Virus record (IMG/VR): IMGVR_UViG_3300035544_000079
Coordinates: 8,136-72,135 of that record
Source of the DNA: a virus
Taxonomy: Duplodnaviria; Caudoviricetes
Strand: one strand, 5' to 3'
Length of the DNA: 64,000 nucleotides
Shown here: one piece after another, positions 19,326 through 30,250 of the stretch
Position numbering within the stretch: the stretch's first letter is position 1
Layout of the letters: each line of letters begins with the position of its first letter
Program-made: the position numbers and the translations under genes
Notes under the pieces: model-generated
The model's input: only the letters and a program-made list of their open reading frames with translations
Database searches by the model: none
Told to the model about the DNA's origin: nothing

Positions 19326-20546
19326 ATGTCTAAATTTGAAAAAATGATTAAAGAAAAAGTAGAAACAAAAATGCCTAAAGCAAATGCTCCAAAAGAGACT
19401 TTCTCTAAAAATTCTACAGATTTTTTAACTGCTGAAGAAAAATCAGTAGTAACACAAGGTATTATTGCTAAGAAACTAAGACAAGGTCTTGGACAAGAAT
19501 TATCTGATGCAGATAAATATGGTTTAGAAAAATTAGCACAAACTAAAGCTCCAACATTATCAGCAGATTTAGTTGATTTAGTAATTGAGTCAGATATTTT
19601 ATCACCAGACTTAGCTAAAGATATGTGGTCTCAAACTACTTTAGGTAAAATTTTACCAATGCAAGAAGTAGAAGATTTAGCATTAGCAGTTACTATTGAT
19701 AACTTAGATGCTTCAATGAGAGTTATTGGTGAAGGACAAGATTCTAAAGAAACTACTAACACATTCAACAAAATGAAACATTTCGTGTATGATATTGGTG
19801 GATATGCTTCTTACTCTTACTTAGCTGAAAATAGAAGTATTATTGATATTGCTTCTAACAAGTTAGGTGCTTTACAAAACTCTTGGGCAAGAGCTGTAGA
19901 ATCATTTGCTATTAATGGTAATAATGCAGGAACTCACCCTGATGCAAACTTTGGAGCAGGTGATGCTGACATTGTTGAAAAATTTGGTAAAGGTTTAAGA
20001 TTTATTGCTAAAGAAAAAGAAACTGTAGACTTCGGTGGAGCTTCTTTATCTGATGATAACTTAATCAAATACATTCAAGAAATGGGATTAAAAGGTGGAG
20101 TTTATTTAGACCCTAACGCTGTTGCTAATAACGAAGTTGCTTTATTAGTTACTCAAGGTTTATACCTAAGAATGGCTAGAGCTAAAGATGTGTTCCAAGC
20201 AGTTAACCCTCAAACAAATGATGGACAAGTTGCTAGATTTATGGGTGTTCCAGTTTATATGTCTTCATATATGCCACAAAAAACTAATGCAACAGGTGTT
20301 GTTGATGCAGTTGGTGCTAATAATACTTTTGATTCAGCAATTATGATTAATAAAAACTTCTTCAAAATGTACACATATGGTTCTCCAATTGTAGAAACTG
20401 ATAGAAATATTATTAACAAAACTAAACAAATCACTTTATCAGGGTATGTTGGTTGCTCAGGGCTATTTGATTCGTTGAATGAGACATTCCCAGTTGATAC
20501 AACTAGAAAATATGCTACTTATGGTGTAAACATTAATGTAGCTTAA
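19326..20546 (+). CDS. Major capsid protein (HK97 fold)
   Basis: Follows the protease; ARFMGVPVYMSSYMP, AVESFAINGN; followed by a terminator. Confidence 0.8.
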   Translation: MSKFEKMIKEKVETKMPKANAPKETFSKNSTDFLTAEEKSVVTQGIIAKKLRQGLGQELSDADKYGLEKLAQTKAPTLSADLVDLVIESDILSPDLAKDMWSQTTLGKILPMQEVEDLALAVTIDNLDASMRVIGEGQDSKETTNTFNKMKHFVYDIGGYASYSYLAENRSIIDIASNKLGALQNSWARAVESFAINGNNAGTHPDANFGAGDADIVEKFGKGLRFIAKEKETVDFGGASLSDDNLIKYIQEMGLKGGVYLDPNAVANNEVALLVTQGLYLRMARAKDVFQAVNPQTNDGQVARFMGVPVYMSSYMPQKTNATGVVDAVGANNTFDSAIMINKNFFKMYTYGSPIVETDRNIINKTKQITLSGYVGCSGLFDSLNETFPVDTTRKYATYGVNINVA

Positions 20547-20575
20547 TAAGATTGAGGGAAACCTCTTTCTTATTA
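20544..20575 (+). terminator. Hairpin terminator after capsid gene
   Basis: taataaga-tt-gagg-GAAA-cctc-tt-tcttatta. Confidence 0.55.
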
Positions 20576-20609
20576 AATAAAATAAAAAAACCTTAAAGAA
20601 AGGAATTAA

Positions 20610-20864
20610 ATGAAGTTAAAATACAAAGGTGACTTTAATTTATCTTCTGTTCAAAAATCTTTTAAAGGAAAAGACTTAGAGAAAGTTTATGAACTATCTG
20701 ATACTGATGGTAAGTACTTACTAAATACTTTTAAAGAATTATTTGAACAAATTGAAGAGAAACAAATAGAAACAGAGCCTAAAGAATCTCCAAAGAAAAC
20801 AGAAACAAAAACAACTAGAACAAAAGTTAAACCTAAGACAGAAACAAAAACAGAAGCTAAGTAA
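20610..20864 (+). CDS. Small virion/head-associated protein
   Basis: 84 aa with K/T/E-rich tail, typical of the slot after the capsid gene. Confidence 0.55.
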   Translation: MKLKYKGDFNLSSVQKSFKGKDLEKVYELSDTDGKYLLNTFKELFEQIEEKQIETEPKESPKKTETKTTRTKVKPKTETKTEAK

Positions 20865-20873
20865 GGGGTTTAA

Positions 20874-21647
20874 ATGAAAACTTCTTTTACGGACTTTAAA
20901 CTTAGCTTTAGTATTAAAGATAATACAAACGATACTGAATATGCTAGTATTATGAGAGGAGTTCTTAAAGAACTTTACACGATATTCGGAATTGCTTTAG
21001 TAAGAGATACTGAACAACATTCCGAAACAATTACTCTTGAACATGATACTGAAACTCAACTCATTCATAAGAACATAAAAGAACTTTCTATTGACCATCT
21101 TGGGACATATGTAGAAGGAACAGATTATGTAGTTAATTATGAAGAAGGAACTATTACAAGTTTAAGCTCAGGCTCAATACCTAACAATCAATCTCTTACG
21201 ATTAATTACTTTTATTATGTTTTTATAAATGAGTCTGATACACTTACTCTTGAAATCTTTCCTAGACAAAACAAAACAAAATATTTTATTGGAATAAAAC
21301 CTTATACACTTAATAAAGTAACTTATGAAGGAAGCACTCTCACAGAGGATTATGATTATTATTTTTATAATAATAAATTTGAATTACTTTCTGAACCTAC
21401 TAATCTGAGAAAACCTTATCTCTTAGATTTAAATGTAGGATATGATATTGTACCTGATGATTTAAGAATGGCTTTTTACGAACTTATTAAATTAAGATAT
21501 GATAGAAGAAAAGCTAAAGCTGATATTATCTCAAGAGTACAAGATGTTGATGGGTCTGAAACTACTTATAGAGAATCTTCTATTCCTAAGCATTTATCGG
21601 ATATTTTTTATAGTTACTCGGGTAGAAGCTTAGCTATGGTAGGATAA
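20874..21647 (+). CDS. Head-tail adaptor/connector
   Basis: C-terminal VGYDIVPDDLRMAFYELIKLRY is gp6/gp15-like; position. Confidence 0.65.
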   Translation: MKTSFTDFKLSFSIKDNTNDTEYASIMRGVLKELYTIFGIALVRDTEQHSETITLEHDTETQLIHKNIKELSIDHLGTYVEGTDYVVNYEEGTITSLSSGSIPNNQSLTINYFYYVFINESDTLTLEIFPRQNKTKYFIGIKPYTLNKVTYEGSTLTEDYDYYFYNNKFELLSEPTNLRKPYLLDLNVGYDIVPDDLRMAFYELIKLRYDRRKAKADIISRVQDVDGSETTYRESSIPKHLSDIFYSYSGRSLAMVG

Positions 21648-21650
21648 GTT

Positions 21651-22136
21651 ATGGCTACTATAAAAGGGTTTAACCAATTAAGAAAAACAGTTATAGCTAA
21701 ATCTGAAAAATCTTTTAAAGTAAAAGTTAAGAATTTTGTTGATTCAGTTAATAATTTAAAAAGTAAGCTATTAAAAGTTCAACAAAGAAAGTTAATGAAT
21801 AGAAGTATTAATGATGGTAAAACTGATTTCCCTCATAAAAGAACAGGTAATTTAATGAGAAACTTAATAGATATTAGAGTTGATACATATAGACCAAATA
21901 ACTATAAAAGAAAAGGTAACTTAATATCTTATACTCACAAAACTTCTAATATATTAGATGGTGGAGATGAGGGTACAACAGTTTTTAGAATATATAAAGG
22001 GAAGAGATATAAATATGCTGAAATTTTACAAAATAGTGATAAATTTAGTAAGTGGAATAGATACTTTGAAAGATTACAAGCTATTTTTGAAAAACAATAC
22101 CGAAGTAGTATCTCAAGAATACTTAATAAAATATAA
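21651..22136 (+). CDS. Putative neck/tail-completion protein
   Basis: Basic; PHKRTGNLMR resembles HK97 gp10-like proteins. Confidence 0.5.
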   Translation: MATIKGFNQLRKTVIAKSEKSFKVKVKNFVDSVNNLKSKLLKVQQRKLMNRSINDGKTDFPHKRTGNLMRNLIDIRVDTYRPNNYKRKGNLISYTHKTSNILDGGDEGTTVFRIYKGKRYKYAEILQNSDKFSKWNRYFERLQAIFEKQYRSSISRILNKI

Positions 22137-22145
22137 AGGGAAAAT

Positions 22146-22583
22146 ATGGATGATGAAAGATTAGTTCCTACTAGAAAGATTATAGAAGAACTTAAAGATA
22201 TAATTGAATACTCAAATATTTTTAATAAAGTAGAAATAAGTAAAAATATAGCACTAACTCAAGAAAATACTTTCCCATCATGTTATATAAAAATAGATGG
22301 TACTACAAATGAGTTAAATGGAAATATAGGAACAGAAGATGGTTGTGAATATGATAGGGTTATGATGATTAGAATAAGAATGTTCTTAGAAATGTCTGAT
22401 AATAATCCTCTTGAATTTTTAGATTTTCAAGATAAAGTTGAAACAGCTATTTTAACAGATAATCCTCTTTGGAAGATTATTTTAGATAGAGATATAATAG
22501 GGACTGAGTGGGATAATGATACTAGTTATCCTAAAAAAGAGGGAGAACTTTCTTTACTTGTTAAGTGGAGAACGCAGTCGTAA
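22146..22583 (+). CDS. Tail terminator
   Basis: Acidic 145 aa, FPSCYI motif, directly before the tail tube. Confidence 0.6.
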   Translation: MDDERLVPTRKIIEELKDIIEYSNIFNKVEISKNIALTQENTFPSCYIKIDGTTNELNGNIGTEDGCEYDRVMMIRIRMFLEMSDNNPLEFLDFQDKVETAILTDNPLWKIILDRDIIGTEWDNDTSYPKKEGELSLLVKWRTQS

Positions 22584-22646
22584 GACTTTAAACAAAACAG
22601 ATAAAAATAAACTAATTACACAAATAAACTAATACAAAGGAAAATA

Positions 22647-23843
22647 ATGGCAAAGCTAACGAAAAGTTCAGTTATATACCTTGCCGAAGAGACAACTAGA
22701 GGTCAAGCTAAAGCAAGTACTGCTGATTATCTTTCTACTGAAGTTTCTGCTAATTTACTTGCTAGAACAGATGGAACACTTGCTACTATCGTTGATGATG
22801 GTGGAACTCTTTATAGATTCTTAGGAACAGAAGATGAAGTTGCAGTAAATTTAACACTAGAAGATTTTACTAATACAAACAGATGGGCTAATATAGGTTC
22901 AGCTTGGGCTAGCACTGATGCTGTTCTATTTCAAACTACATCATTTGGTTCTCTTTCTATTGAAGCTTTGACTAGAGAAAACTTAAACTACTCATTTAGA
23001 AATTGCCCAACAATCGCAGGAACTGAGAGTAACTCTTTTACAGGAGATATTGAGCTGGGGATTAAGCCAGTAAGTGGAGCTGAAGCAGGAAACTTAAGGG
23101 GGCATTATTTATATAAAAATTCTCTTGGGGCTTATATAGAAAAAGGTGCTAATGTTGATAAAGGGGCAGGAACTGTTACAGAAGTTGCTACTACAACAGG
23201 TGTTTATGATTTATATACTGGAGCAAAACCAGACGAGATTATCTCTACACTTGCTGTAAGACAATATGAAGGTGGAAGTCCTGACGAAGTTATGGACTTT
23301 GGAGGATTAGTTACAGCTACTTCTACTTTCAATGTTTCAGCAGGACAAATTATTAATGTTTCTCACTCTTTAGAAGGGACAGAGACATTTATTAATACAA
23401 CTACACAACCAACACCACCAACTATTTCATGTGGTGAACAACCAATGGTAGCAAAGAGATTAGGATTCAGAGTTGATGGAGATACTTATGAAGTTTCTGA
23501 TTTAACTCTAACAATTACTAATACACTTAATGACCGTCAATTTATCAATTCTAGTGGCATTGGAGAGAAGATTACAACAGCTAAACAAACTACAATTTCT
23601 TTTACAAGAGACTTAGATACTTTTGCTGATATTTTAAGATATAAACAAAATCAATCTGCTACTGTATTTGTAGAACTTGTTAATGGCAACGGTGACGAAA
23701 TTATTATATATTTACCAAATGTTCTTACAAGTGAGCTTTCAAGAAGTGACGATGCAGGAGTAATTTCTCAAGGAATTACTTTTGAAGCATTTGATGATGT
23801 AAATGGTAGAGATGTATATATTGCTACTAAAAAGGGAATCTAG
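22647..23843 (+). CDS. Major tail tube protein
   Basis: Beta-rich; LTLTITNTL, TISFT, IIIYLPNV; position. Confidence 0.75.
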   Translation: MAKLTKSSVIYLAEETTRGQAKASTADYLSTEVSANLLARTDGTLATIVDDGGTLYRFLGTEDEVAVNLTLEDFTNTNRWANIGSAWASTDAVLFQTTSFGSLSIEALTRENLNYSFRNCPTIAGTESNSFTGDIELGIKPVSGAEAGNLRGHYLYKNSLGAYIEKGANVDKGAGTVTEVATTTGVYDLYTGAKPDEIISTLAVRQYEGGSPDEVMDFGGLVTATSTFNVSAGQIINVSHSLEGTETFINTTTQPTPPTISCGEQPMVAKRLGFRVDGDTYEVSDLTLTITNTLNDRQFINSSGIGEKITTAKQTTISFTRDLDTFADILRYKQNQSATVFVELVNGNGDEIIIYLPNVLTSELSRSDDAGVISQGITFEAFDDVNGRDVYIATKKGI

Positions 23844-23951
23844 AAGTTAAATCTTCTAGGTTCTTCTGTTTATCTTTTATAAAGATATTATAGAAAAGAA
23901 ATTCATATTTTTATAAAGGTTAATTACCTAAAAACAATAAAAGGGAAAGAT

Positions 23952-24341
23952 ATGGCAAAAAGACAATTAGTAACACTAGATTTAGATAAAGAATTTATTT
24001 GGACTCCAACAGATGAGATTGATGAAGAAAAGCCTACTAAATTCTACTATAAAGCTTTAAGTAATAGAGAATATGAAAAAATAAATGCACATATTATTAA
24101 AGCAGAAGATGGAGTTATTTTCTCAGAAGAGGGCGTAGTAAATTATGATACTGTTAAATTAAAATTAGTAAAAATTGAAGATATTGAAATAGATGGTTCA
24201 TTAAAAAATTTTGATAAAAAAGATATTACAGATAAAATATTAGACTCATTACCAAGAGAGTGGATTGCTGATTTAGCAACTCAGATTAGAGTAACTTCTA
24301 TTTTAAAAGGTAAGGAAATAGAGGAATTAAAAAAGTCTTAG
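23952..24341 (+). CDS. Tail assembly chaperone (G)
   Basis: Between tube and tape measure; ends at slippery A-AAA-AAG (24329-24335). Confidence 0.75.
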   Translation: MAKRQLVTLDLDKEFIWTPTDEIDEEKPTKFYYKALSNREYEKINAHIIKAEDGVIFSEEGVVNYDTVKLKLVKIEDIEIDGSLKNFDKKDITDKILDSLPREWIADLATQIRVTSILKGKEIEELKKS

Positions 24342-24688
24342 CAGTACAATTTGACGAAAAATTCTCAGAGTGGAATTGCTCAACTTGTACTGATAGAGAC
24401 AAGATAACAAGAGGTTGTAAAAGAAAAGATTATAAAGGAGATAAGCCTCCTTTTTATCAAACTTATAAAGTTAAAGAATATACTTTTAAAGGCTGTCCTC
24501 ACTCAGATACAGATTGGGGTATATTAGATGAAGCACAGAGTAGCTATGAGTTTTACTCTGATGGTTATTTACCAAATAAAGGTACTATACTAGACCAATC
24601 TAATTTTTTCATAATAACATCTAAATTAATAAAAACACAGATAAGTACAACCGAAAGAGAAAGACTAGAAAAAGCTAAAGGAAAATAG
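24329..24688 (+). CDS. -1 frameshift extension of the tail chaperone (GT-like, ~245 aa fusion)
   Basis: -1 frame open 24335-24688 with no ATG: VLAVQFDEKFSEWNCSTC...GYLPNKGTILDQ...; absent from the ORF track. Confidence 0.75.
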   Translation, partial: KKVLAVQFDEKFSEWNCSTCTDRDKITRGCKRKDYKGDKPPFYQTYKVKEYTFKGCPHSDTDWGILDEAQSSYEFYSDGYLPNKGTILDQSNFFIITSKLIKTQISTTERERLEKAKGK

Positions 24689-24776
24689 TCCTTTAGCTAT
24701 ATAAAGGGTATTATTTTGAAAATATTTATAAATGATGTTTTGAGAAATAAGTGTTCTCAAAATAATAAGGAAAACA

Positions 24777-27700
24777 ATGGCTAATGATAATCAAACACAA
24801 ACAACTACCTTAGTCTTAGATGCTGGTAATATTTCAAAGGGATTAGAAAAGCTAGAAAAAGATATTACTAAAATTGGAGTTCAAACAGAAAAAGCTTTAG
24901 CAACTCTTAATAGTGAAAGTAATATTTATAAAACATTAGAAAAAAATCATTTAAGACTAGCAGAGATACAAAGTAGAATTATTAAACTTAAAAAAGATGA
25001 TACTCTCACTTCTGCCCAAATAAGTAATGAATTACAAACTTCATTAGGTAAATATTCTATTATAAAACAACAAGTAACAGATATTAATAAACTTTTAAAT
25101 GTGACTCCTTCTCAGTTAAGGAGTCAAGGTAATGAGATTACTAAAATTGAAGATAAGTTTTCTAGTTTGAATAGGGAAGTAAGAAGTTTACAAGGGCATT
25201 ATAAAACACTAGGCTCTAGTAAAGACTTAAAAAACTTATCTTCTCAAATGGAAGGGATAAAACATCAACAAGAAATAATTAGTAATTTATCCAAAAAAGG
25301 AATTATAAATCTAACAACTTCTGATTTAAAAACGTTAGATACTGCTAAGGCAAGGTATAGGGAATTAAAAAATCAAGTAGCAGATACAAAAGCAGAGCTT
25401 AGTGATGTTTCTATAGGAGGTCTTGCAAAATCAGCTGGAGTTAGAGCTTTAGGGTATTCAGCATTATTTGCAATTATTGCAGGGATTACTCAAGCAGTAG
25501 GAGTAGGAACAAAGTATATCTTAGAATATGAATCAGGAATAAAAAGACTTCAAACTATCTTAGATATAAGTGCTTCAAGTGCTTCTAACCTAGAAGGCAA
25601 ACTAGCAGATTTAGGTAGAACATATGGTGAACAATTAGATAGTATTAATAAAGTTGCATTAGAACTTTCAAGAGCTGGATTAGCACTAAATCAGGTAGCT
25701 GATGCTTCTGAGGTAGTTATTAAATTAGCCTTATTAACAGGAGATAGTATTGAACAGTCTGCCAGTTCAATTATTTCTTTTACACAAGTATTTGGAAGAA
25801 ATGAGTTTGGACAAGTTATTGCTAGTGTCGATGAGTTAGGGGCTAAATTAGCATACCTAGCAAATAAGTCAAGATTAGGTACACAAGACATTAATACCTT
25901 TGCCAACTATGCTTTAGCTTCTGCGAAAGCTATTGGATTAACTATTGATGCTGTAAATGGTTTAGCTAGTGCTTTATCTAATGCTTCTTTTAACGCATCA
26001 ACTATTGGTACACAAATAAGAAAATTTACTATTGCTTTAGGGAAAGATACAGGAGCTATTTCAAACTTTTTTCAAAAAATAGGAGTTAATCAACAAAACC
26101 TAGCAAAACAAATAGCCCAAGGTGGAGAAGAAAGTAATAAAGCTTTATTAGGATTTTTAGATACAATTAAATCATATAGTAGAGAAAGTTATAATGAGGC
26201 TCTTTCTGGAGTTGAAGTTCTTACAAAGAATGTATTTCAAGCATTACAGAATAATGCAAATGAAATACAGACTAATCTAAGAGAATCTCTTAATGTAACT
26301 TCTGATGAGATTGATAAAGCAAAAAATATTACTGAGGATTATAGAAAGACTTGGTCTAAATTTGCAAATAATATACTTAGTGATTATAATAATGTTTTTA
26401 AACCAGTATTTGAAGGGCTTATTGGGTATATTTCTACTTTAAATAATAGGATGGCTTTATCTGACTTTTTTGGTTTTTGGTCATCAATTTCTTCTTCTTT
26501 TTCAGAAGGAGCAGATTTAATAGATATAAAGCTGAAGTTAGTAGATGATAGTTTAAAAAATTTTGGTAAGAATGGTTCTGAACAAACTCTTAAAAGAACT
26601 AAATATGAATTAACTCAAATCCAACAAGTATTAGAAGCAATGATTGCACAAGCAACTAAGAAAAATGAAAGTTTTGATGTAATTCAGAGATTAGAACAAC
26701 AATTAAACAGTGTTAAAAAACAACAAAAAGAGTTAACAAAAAGTACACAAGAATATCAAAATATTTTAAATGATTTATCAAGTAAAGGCTTAGAACAGCA
26801 GAATCAGAAGAACATAACTTCCTTGACAAGAGTTATTGGTTTACAAGAAGCACAATTAAAAACTTTAGATAGCACAAGTAAACAATATACTTTATTAGAA
26901 ACTCAAATTGAAAAAAATAGAACAAGATTAGAACAATTAAAAAAACCTATTGAAGATATTACCGAAGATACAAAAGTATTTAAAGAAACTTTTGACTTTT
27001 TTAGTACAGCAGATTTAACTAATATTCAAAATAGTATGACTTCTTTTAATAAGGCTATTAATATTGCTTCTACTGAAGAACTGCCTAAGCTTCAAAATAT
27101 ATTAGAAACAAAAATACAAAGAACACTTCAAGAATTGCCTAAGACAGTAAATACTGTAAAAGCAAGGTTATCAACTCTTGGGGAAGATATATCTTTTTTA
27201 AATGTGGATTCTTTTAAAGGGGCAGGTAGTGCTATAATTGAAATAGAGTCAAGAATAGATAGTTTAAGGCAAAATAGCTTAAATGCAAATAAAGAAGAAG
27301 TAAGAATAAATGAGGAAAAGATTAATGTATATAATACTCAAAAAGCTTTATTACAGAATCTTGTTGATGCTAACAATTTATTTCTAAACTCTTCTAAAAG
27401 AATTTCTGATTTAAAAGAGCAACAAGAAAAACAAACTAAGAAAGAAAAAAGACGACAAGACAATATAACAAAGCAAATTATTAGACAACAAGTATCTGAA
27501 GCTCAATTAGCTTTGCAATATAAAGATAAAGACTCATTATTATTAGCAGAGATAAATACACGAGGAAAACTTCTTGGTAATCTACAAGATGAAAAAAACA
27601 TACAAAATCAAATAGCTAAGATAAAAGCTTTAAGTTTACAATATGATAAAGCTTCTTTTTCAACTTCTCTTATAGATAAAGAAAGAGAAATAACAGATGA

Positions 27701-28706
27701 AATAGAAGCTCAAGAAGTTGCTATAAAAGATAGAATCCCACTAGAAACTACTTTATTACAAATCAAAAATGAACAGAAGTTTCAAAATGGAGAGATAACT
27801 AAAGCTGAGTATTTACAGAATCAACAAAGAATAAAAGATTTAAGAGATTTAAACTTACAATCTGATAAACTAAAAGAAACTTTAGATAGCTTTGATAAAT
27901 ATGGTAACTCAGGATTCGCTAAAGCATTACAGTCCTATAAAGACAGCATACCAACAATTACAGAGGCATTAGAACAGGTAGGTAATGTAGGGTTACAATC
28001 TTTAGAAAATGGATTTATGAATTTCTTTGACGTAACTAATAAGGGCTTTATGGATATGGGGGATTTAGCTAAAAGTGTTATACAAGAAATTTATAAAGAA
28101 TTAATAAGAACATTAATAGTCAAACAAGCAGTAAGTGGAATTGGTAGTATAGTTACTTCTGGAATAGGTTCTCTTTTTTCAAGTGGAGCATCAGCGGTTA
28201 CTTCAAGTGTAGCAAGTACAGCAGTATCTACTCCTCTTACTGATATGTACTTTGGAAGTTTAAGCTTAGCAAAAGGAGGTCTTATAGATGGAGTTCCTAA
28301 TGGAAGAGTTAAAGGATATGCTAGTGGGGGTCTTTTAACAGGAGGCTCGGGTACAAAAGATGACCTCTATCTAGGACAAGTAAATGGTACTACTATTATG
28401 GCTATGGGAGGAGAACATATTACACAAAAATCATCAGTAAATCCTCAAACAAGACCTATGTTAGATTATATTAATAAAACTGGGTCTGTACCAAGTTCTA
28501 ATGCTGGAGGGACAGTAGTGAATTCTCCTGTATCTATAAATATTGAAAATAAAACTGGAACAGATATTGATGCAAAAATGATAGAACAAATAACGAAAAA
28601 GAATGATAATGATGAGTATGAAAAAATAGTAACTATAATGCTTCAAGCTAAAGAAACAGATAGTAGAATAAGAAGTGCCTTTGGTAGTAATAATGGAAGA
28701 GTTTAA
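24777..28706 (+). CDS. Tape measure protein
   Basis: 1309 aa helical/coiled-coil with A/G-rich TMP core; C-terminal GGLLTGGSGTKDD. Confidence 0.9.
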   Translation: MANDNQTQTTTLVLDAGNISKGLEKLEKDITKIGVQTEKALATLNSESNIYKTLEKNHLRLAEIQSRIIKLKKDDTLTSAQISNELQTSLGKYSIIKQQVTDINKLLNVTPSQLRSQGNEITKIEDKFSSLNREVRSLQGHYKTLGSSKDLKNLSSQMEGIKHQQEIISNLSKKGIINLTTSDLKTLDTAKARYRELKNQVADTKAELSDVSIGGLAKSAGVRALGYSALFAIIAGITQAVGVGTKYILEYESGIKRLQTILDISASSASNLEGKLADLGRTYGEQLDSINKVALELSRAGLALNQVADASEVVIKLALLTGDSIEQSASSIISFTQVFGRNEFGQVIASVDELGAKLAYLANKSRLGTQDINTFANYALASAKAIGLTIDAVNGLASALSNASFNASTIGTQIRKFTIALGKDTGAISNFFQKIGVNQQNLAKQIAQGGEESNKALLGFLDTIKSYSRESYNEALSGVEVLTKNVFQALQNNANEIQTNLRESLNVTSDEIDKAKNITEDYRKTWSKFANNILSDYNNVFKPVFEGLIGYISTLNNRMALSDFFGFWSSISSSFSEGADLIDIKLKLVDDSLKNFGKNGSEQTLKRTKYELTQIQQVLEAMIAQATKKNESFDVIQRLEQQLNSVKKQQKELTKSTQEYQNILNDLSSKGLEQQNQKNITSLTRVIGLQEAQLKTLDSTSKQYTLLETQIEKNRTRLEQLKKPIEDITEDTKVFKETFDFFSTADLTNIQNSMTSFNKAINIASTEELPKLQNILETKIQRTLQELPKTVNTVKARLSTLGEDISFLNVDSFKGAGSAIIEIESRIDSLRQNSLNANKEEVRINEEKINVYNTQKALLQNLVDANNLFLNSSKRISDLKEQQEKQTKKEKRRQDNITKQIIRQQVSEAQLALQYKDKDSLLLAEINTRGKLLGNLQDEKNIQNQIAKIKALSLQYDKASFSTSLIDKEREITDEIEAQEVAIKDRIPLETTLLQIKNEQKFQNGEITKAEYLQNQQRIKDLRDLNLQSDKLKETLDSFDKYGNSGFAKALQSYKDSIPTITEALEQVGNVGLQSLENGFMNFFDVTNKGFMDMGDLAKSVIQEIYKELIRTLIVKQAVSGIGSIVTSGIGSLFSSGASAVTSSVASTAVSTPLTDMYFGSLSLAKGGLIDGVPNGRVKGYASGGLLTGGSGTKDDLYLGQVNGTTIMAMGGEHITQKSSVNPQTRPMLDYINKTGSVPSSNAGGTVVNSPVSINIENKTGTDIDAKMIEQITKKNDNDEYEKIVTIMLQAKETDSRIRSAFGSNNGRV

Positions 28707-28715
28707 GGAGGATGT

Positions 28716-29102
28716 ATGGCATTACCTGAATTGGAATTTCCTCCTTATGAGGGGGTTAATGGTTGTAATTATCCAACCAATTTAGAAACACAAGGTGAAG
28801 ATAATACAGTTACAGTTGAAATGCAAAATGGAACAGTTTTAGTAAGGCCATGGTCTACAAAACAACGAAAGACTTTTACCTTAGAGTTTAACACAAGAAC
28901 AATAGCAGAAGCTAAAGTTTTAGAAGATTTTTATGATTTAGTTAATTTATATACTCCTTTTACTTTTACACACCCTACAGATAAAGATGAAACAAATAAT
29001 TTCAAACAATATGCTGTAAGATTTAATGAGCCTATTGATATAACTCAGGATGGGTCGAGACCTTTTGTTAAAGATATTTCTATGAAATTTACTGAGATAT
29101 AG
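28716..29102 (+). CDS. Distal tail protein (lambda M-like)
   Basis: 128 aa after TMP; PFTFTHP motif. Confidence 0.6.
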   Translation: MALPELEFPPYEGVNGCNYPTNLETQGEDNTVTVEMQNGTVLVRPWSTKQRKTFTLEFNTRTIAEAKVLEDFYDLVNLYTPFTFTHPTDKDETNNFKQYAVRFNEPIDITQDGSRPFVKDISMKFTEI

Positions 29103-29119
29103 ATAAGTAAAGGAAGAAT

Positions 29120-29812
29120 ATGAGAGAATTTAGTCAAGATACTTTAGAAGAAGCTGATAAGTTATTTCAGGATAAAGCTTGGATAACTTTATTAACTATA
29201 AAAAATCCTGAAGGTGTATTAATAAGTAACCTTTGTGTAAATACAGAATCTGTAGTATTTAATAATGAAATATATCAACCTACTAATGTTACTATTGGAG
29301 AAGTTCCACAAGCTACCACAGGAACACTCCCAAAAGTCCCTCTAAATATACAGAATGTAGATAGAATAGTTGGACAAATGGTAGAACAAGACCCCAATTT
29401 TGGGTCAGAGTGGATTATAGGATTAAGAGTTGTACATGAAAATCATTTAGGACTTACACCTATCCTTAATCCTGATGATACTTTATATGAAGAATTTATT
29501 GTAAGAGATGTTTCTACAAATCACCAATATGTAACTTTTAATCTTAGTATGGGTCAAAACCCTATGAGGATTCCTTTTCCTAGTCAAAAGTTTAATCCAT
29601 CCCATTGTCAGAGAACTTTTAATAATGTGTTTACAGGATGTCCTTATGCAACTTCAGGAAGAGCAGGAACTAACTTTACTTTTTGTAATAAAACTATAGA
29701 AAGTTGTAAAGAAAGATTTGATGAAGATAGATTAAATACTAATAATGAAAGAGTAGGGTTACCTTTCCTAGGTTTCCAAGGATTAACTAGAAGAGCGATT
29801 ATAAAAGTTTAA
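29120..29812 (+). CDS. Minor tail protein (lambda L-like)
   Basis: C-terminal Cys cluster HCQ..GCPY..CNKTIESCKERF..FLGF. Confidence 0.7.
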   Translation: MREFSQDTLEEADKLFQDKAWITLLTIKNPEGVLISNLCVNTESVVFNNEIYQPTNVTIGEVPQATTGTLPKVPLNIQNVDRIVGQMVEQDPNFGSEWIIGLRVVHENHLGLTPILNPDDTLYEEFIVRDVSTNHQYVTFNLSMGQNPMRIPFPSQKFNPSHCQRTFNNVFTGCPYATSGRAGTNFTFCNKTIESCKERFDEDRLNTNNERVGLPFLGFQGLTRRAIIKV

Positions 29813-29827
29813 ATAAAAAGGGGTTAA

Positions 29828-30226
29828 ATGAAAAAGTATGAATATGATTATTTAGATTTATTAAAGTGTAAATTTAAATATGATGGACAAAATATTAATG
29901 AGGGGTTTGATTGTATGACTTTAGTTATAGAAATAGGAAAAAGAAGAAATGTTAAAATACCTAATTTAAATTACTTAGGAATAGACTTACTACATAGTCA
30001 TAAATTATTTACAGAAACTAATTATATAGATTATTTTAAAGAAGTTCCTAAACAAGAGAATACAATAGTCTTAATGAAAAATCCTTATGGAGTCATAGGT
30101 CATGTAGGATTTATGATTGATAAAAATAATTTTATACATATGACTGCTGATAAAGGAGTTATGGTTACTAAGGTTACAGATAAAATATATAAAAATAGAA
30201 TTGTAGGGTACTACTTACCAAAATAA
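29828..30226 (+). CDS. NlpC/P60 tail-tip peptidase
   Basis: GFDCMTLV, GHVGF, FIHM. Confidence 0.8.
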   Translation: MKKYEYDYLDLLKCKFKYDGQNINEGFDCMTLVIEIGKRRNVKIPNLNYLGIDLLHSHKLFTETNYIDYFKEVPKQENTIVLMKNPYGVIGHVGFMIDKNNFIHMTADKGVMVTKVTDKIYKNRIVGYYLPK

Positions 30227-30250
30227 GCTTATAGGAATTTAAAAGGAAAT

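Noticed and set aside
19290-22588. GTAAGACT upstream of the capsid (19290) and tail tube (22580) genes, complementary to the leader-RNA 3' end
   Set aside because: About two chance copies of this 8-mer are expected in the window by my rough composition estimate; the 22576-22587 copy is also explained as an AGTC-GTAA-GACT hairpin.
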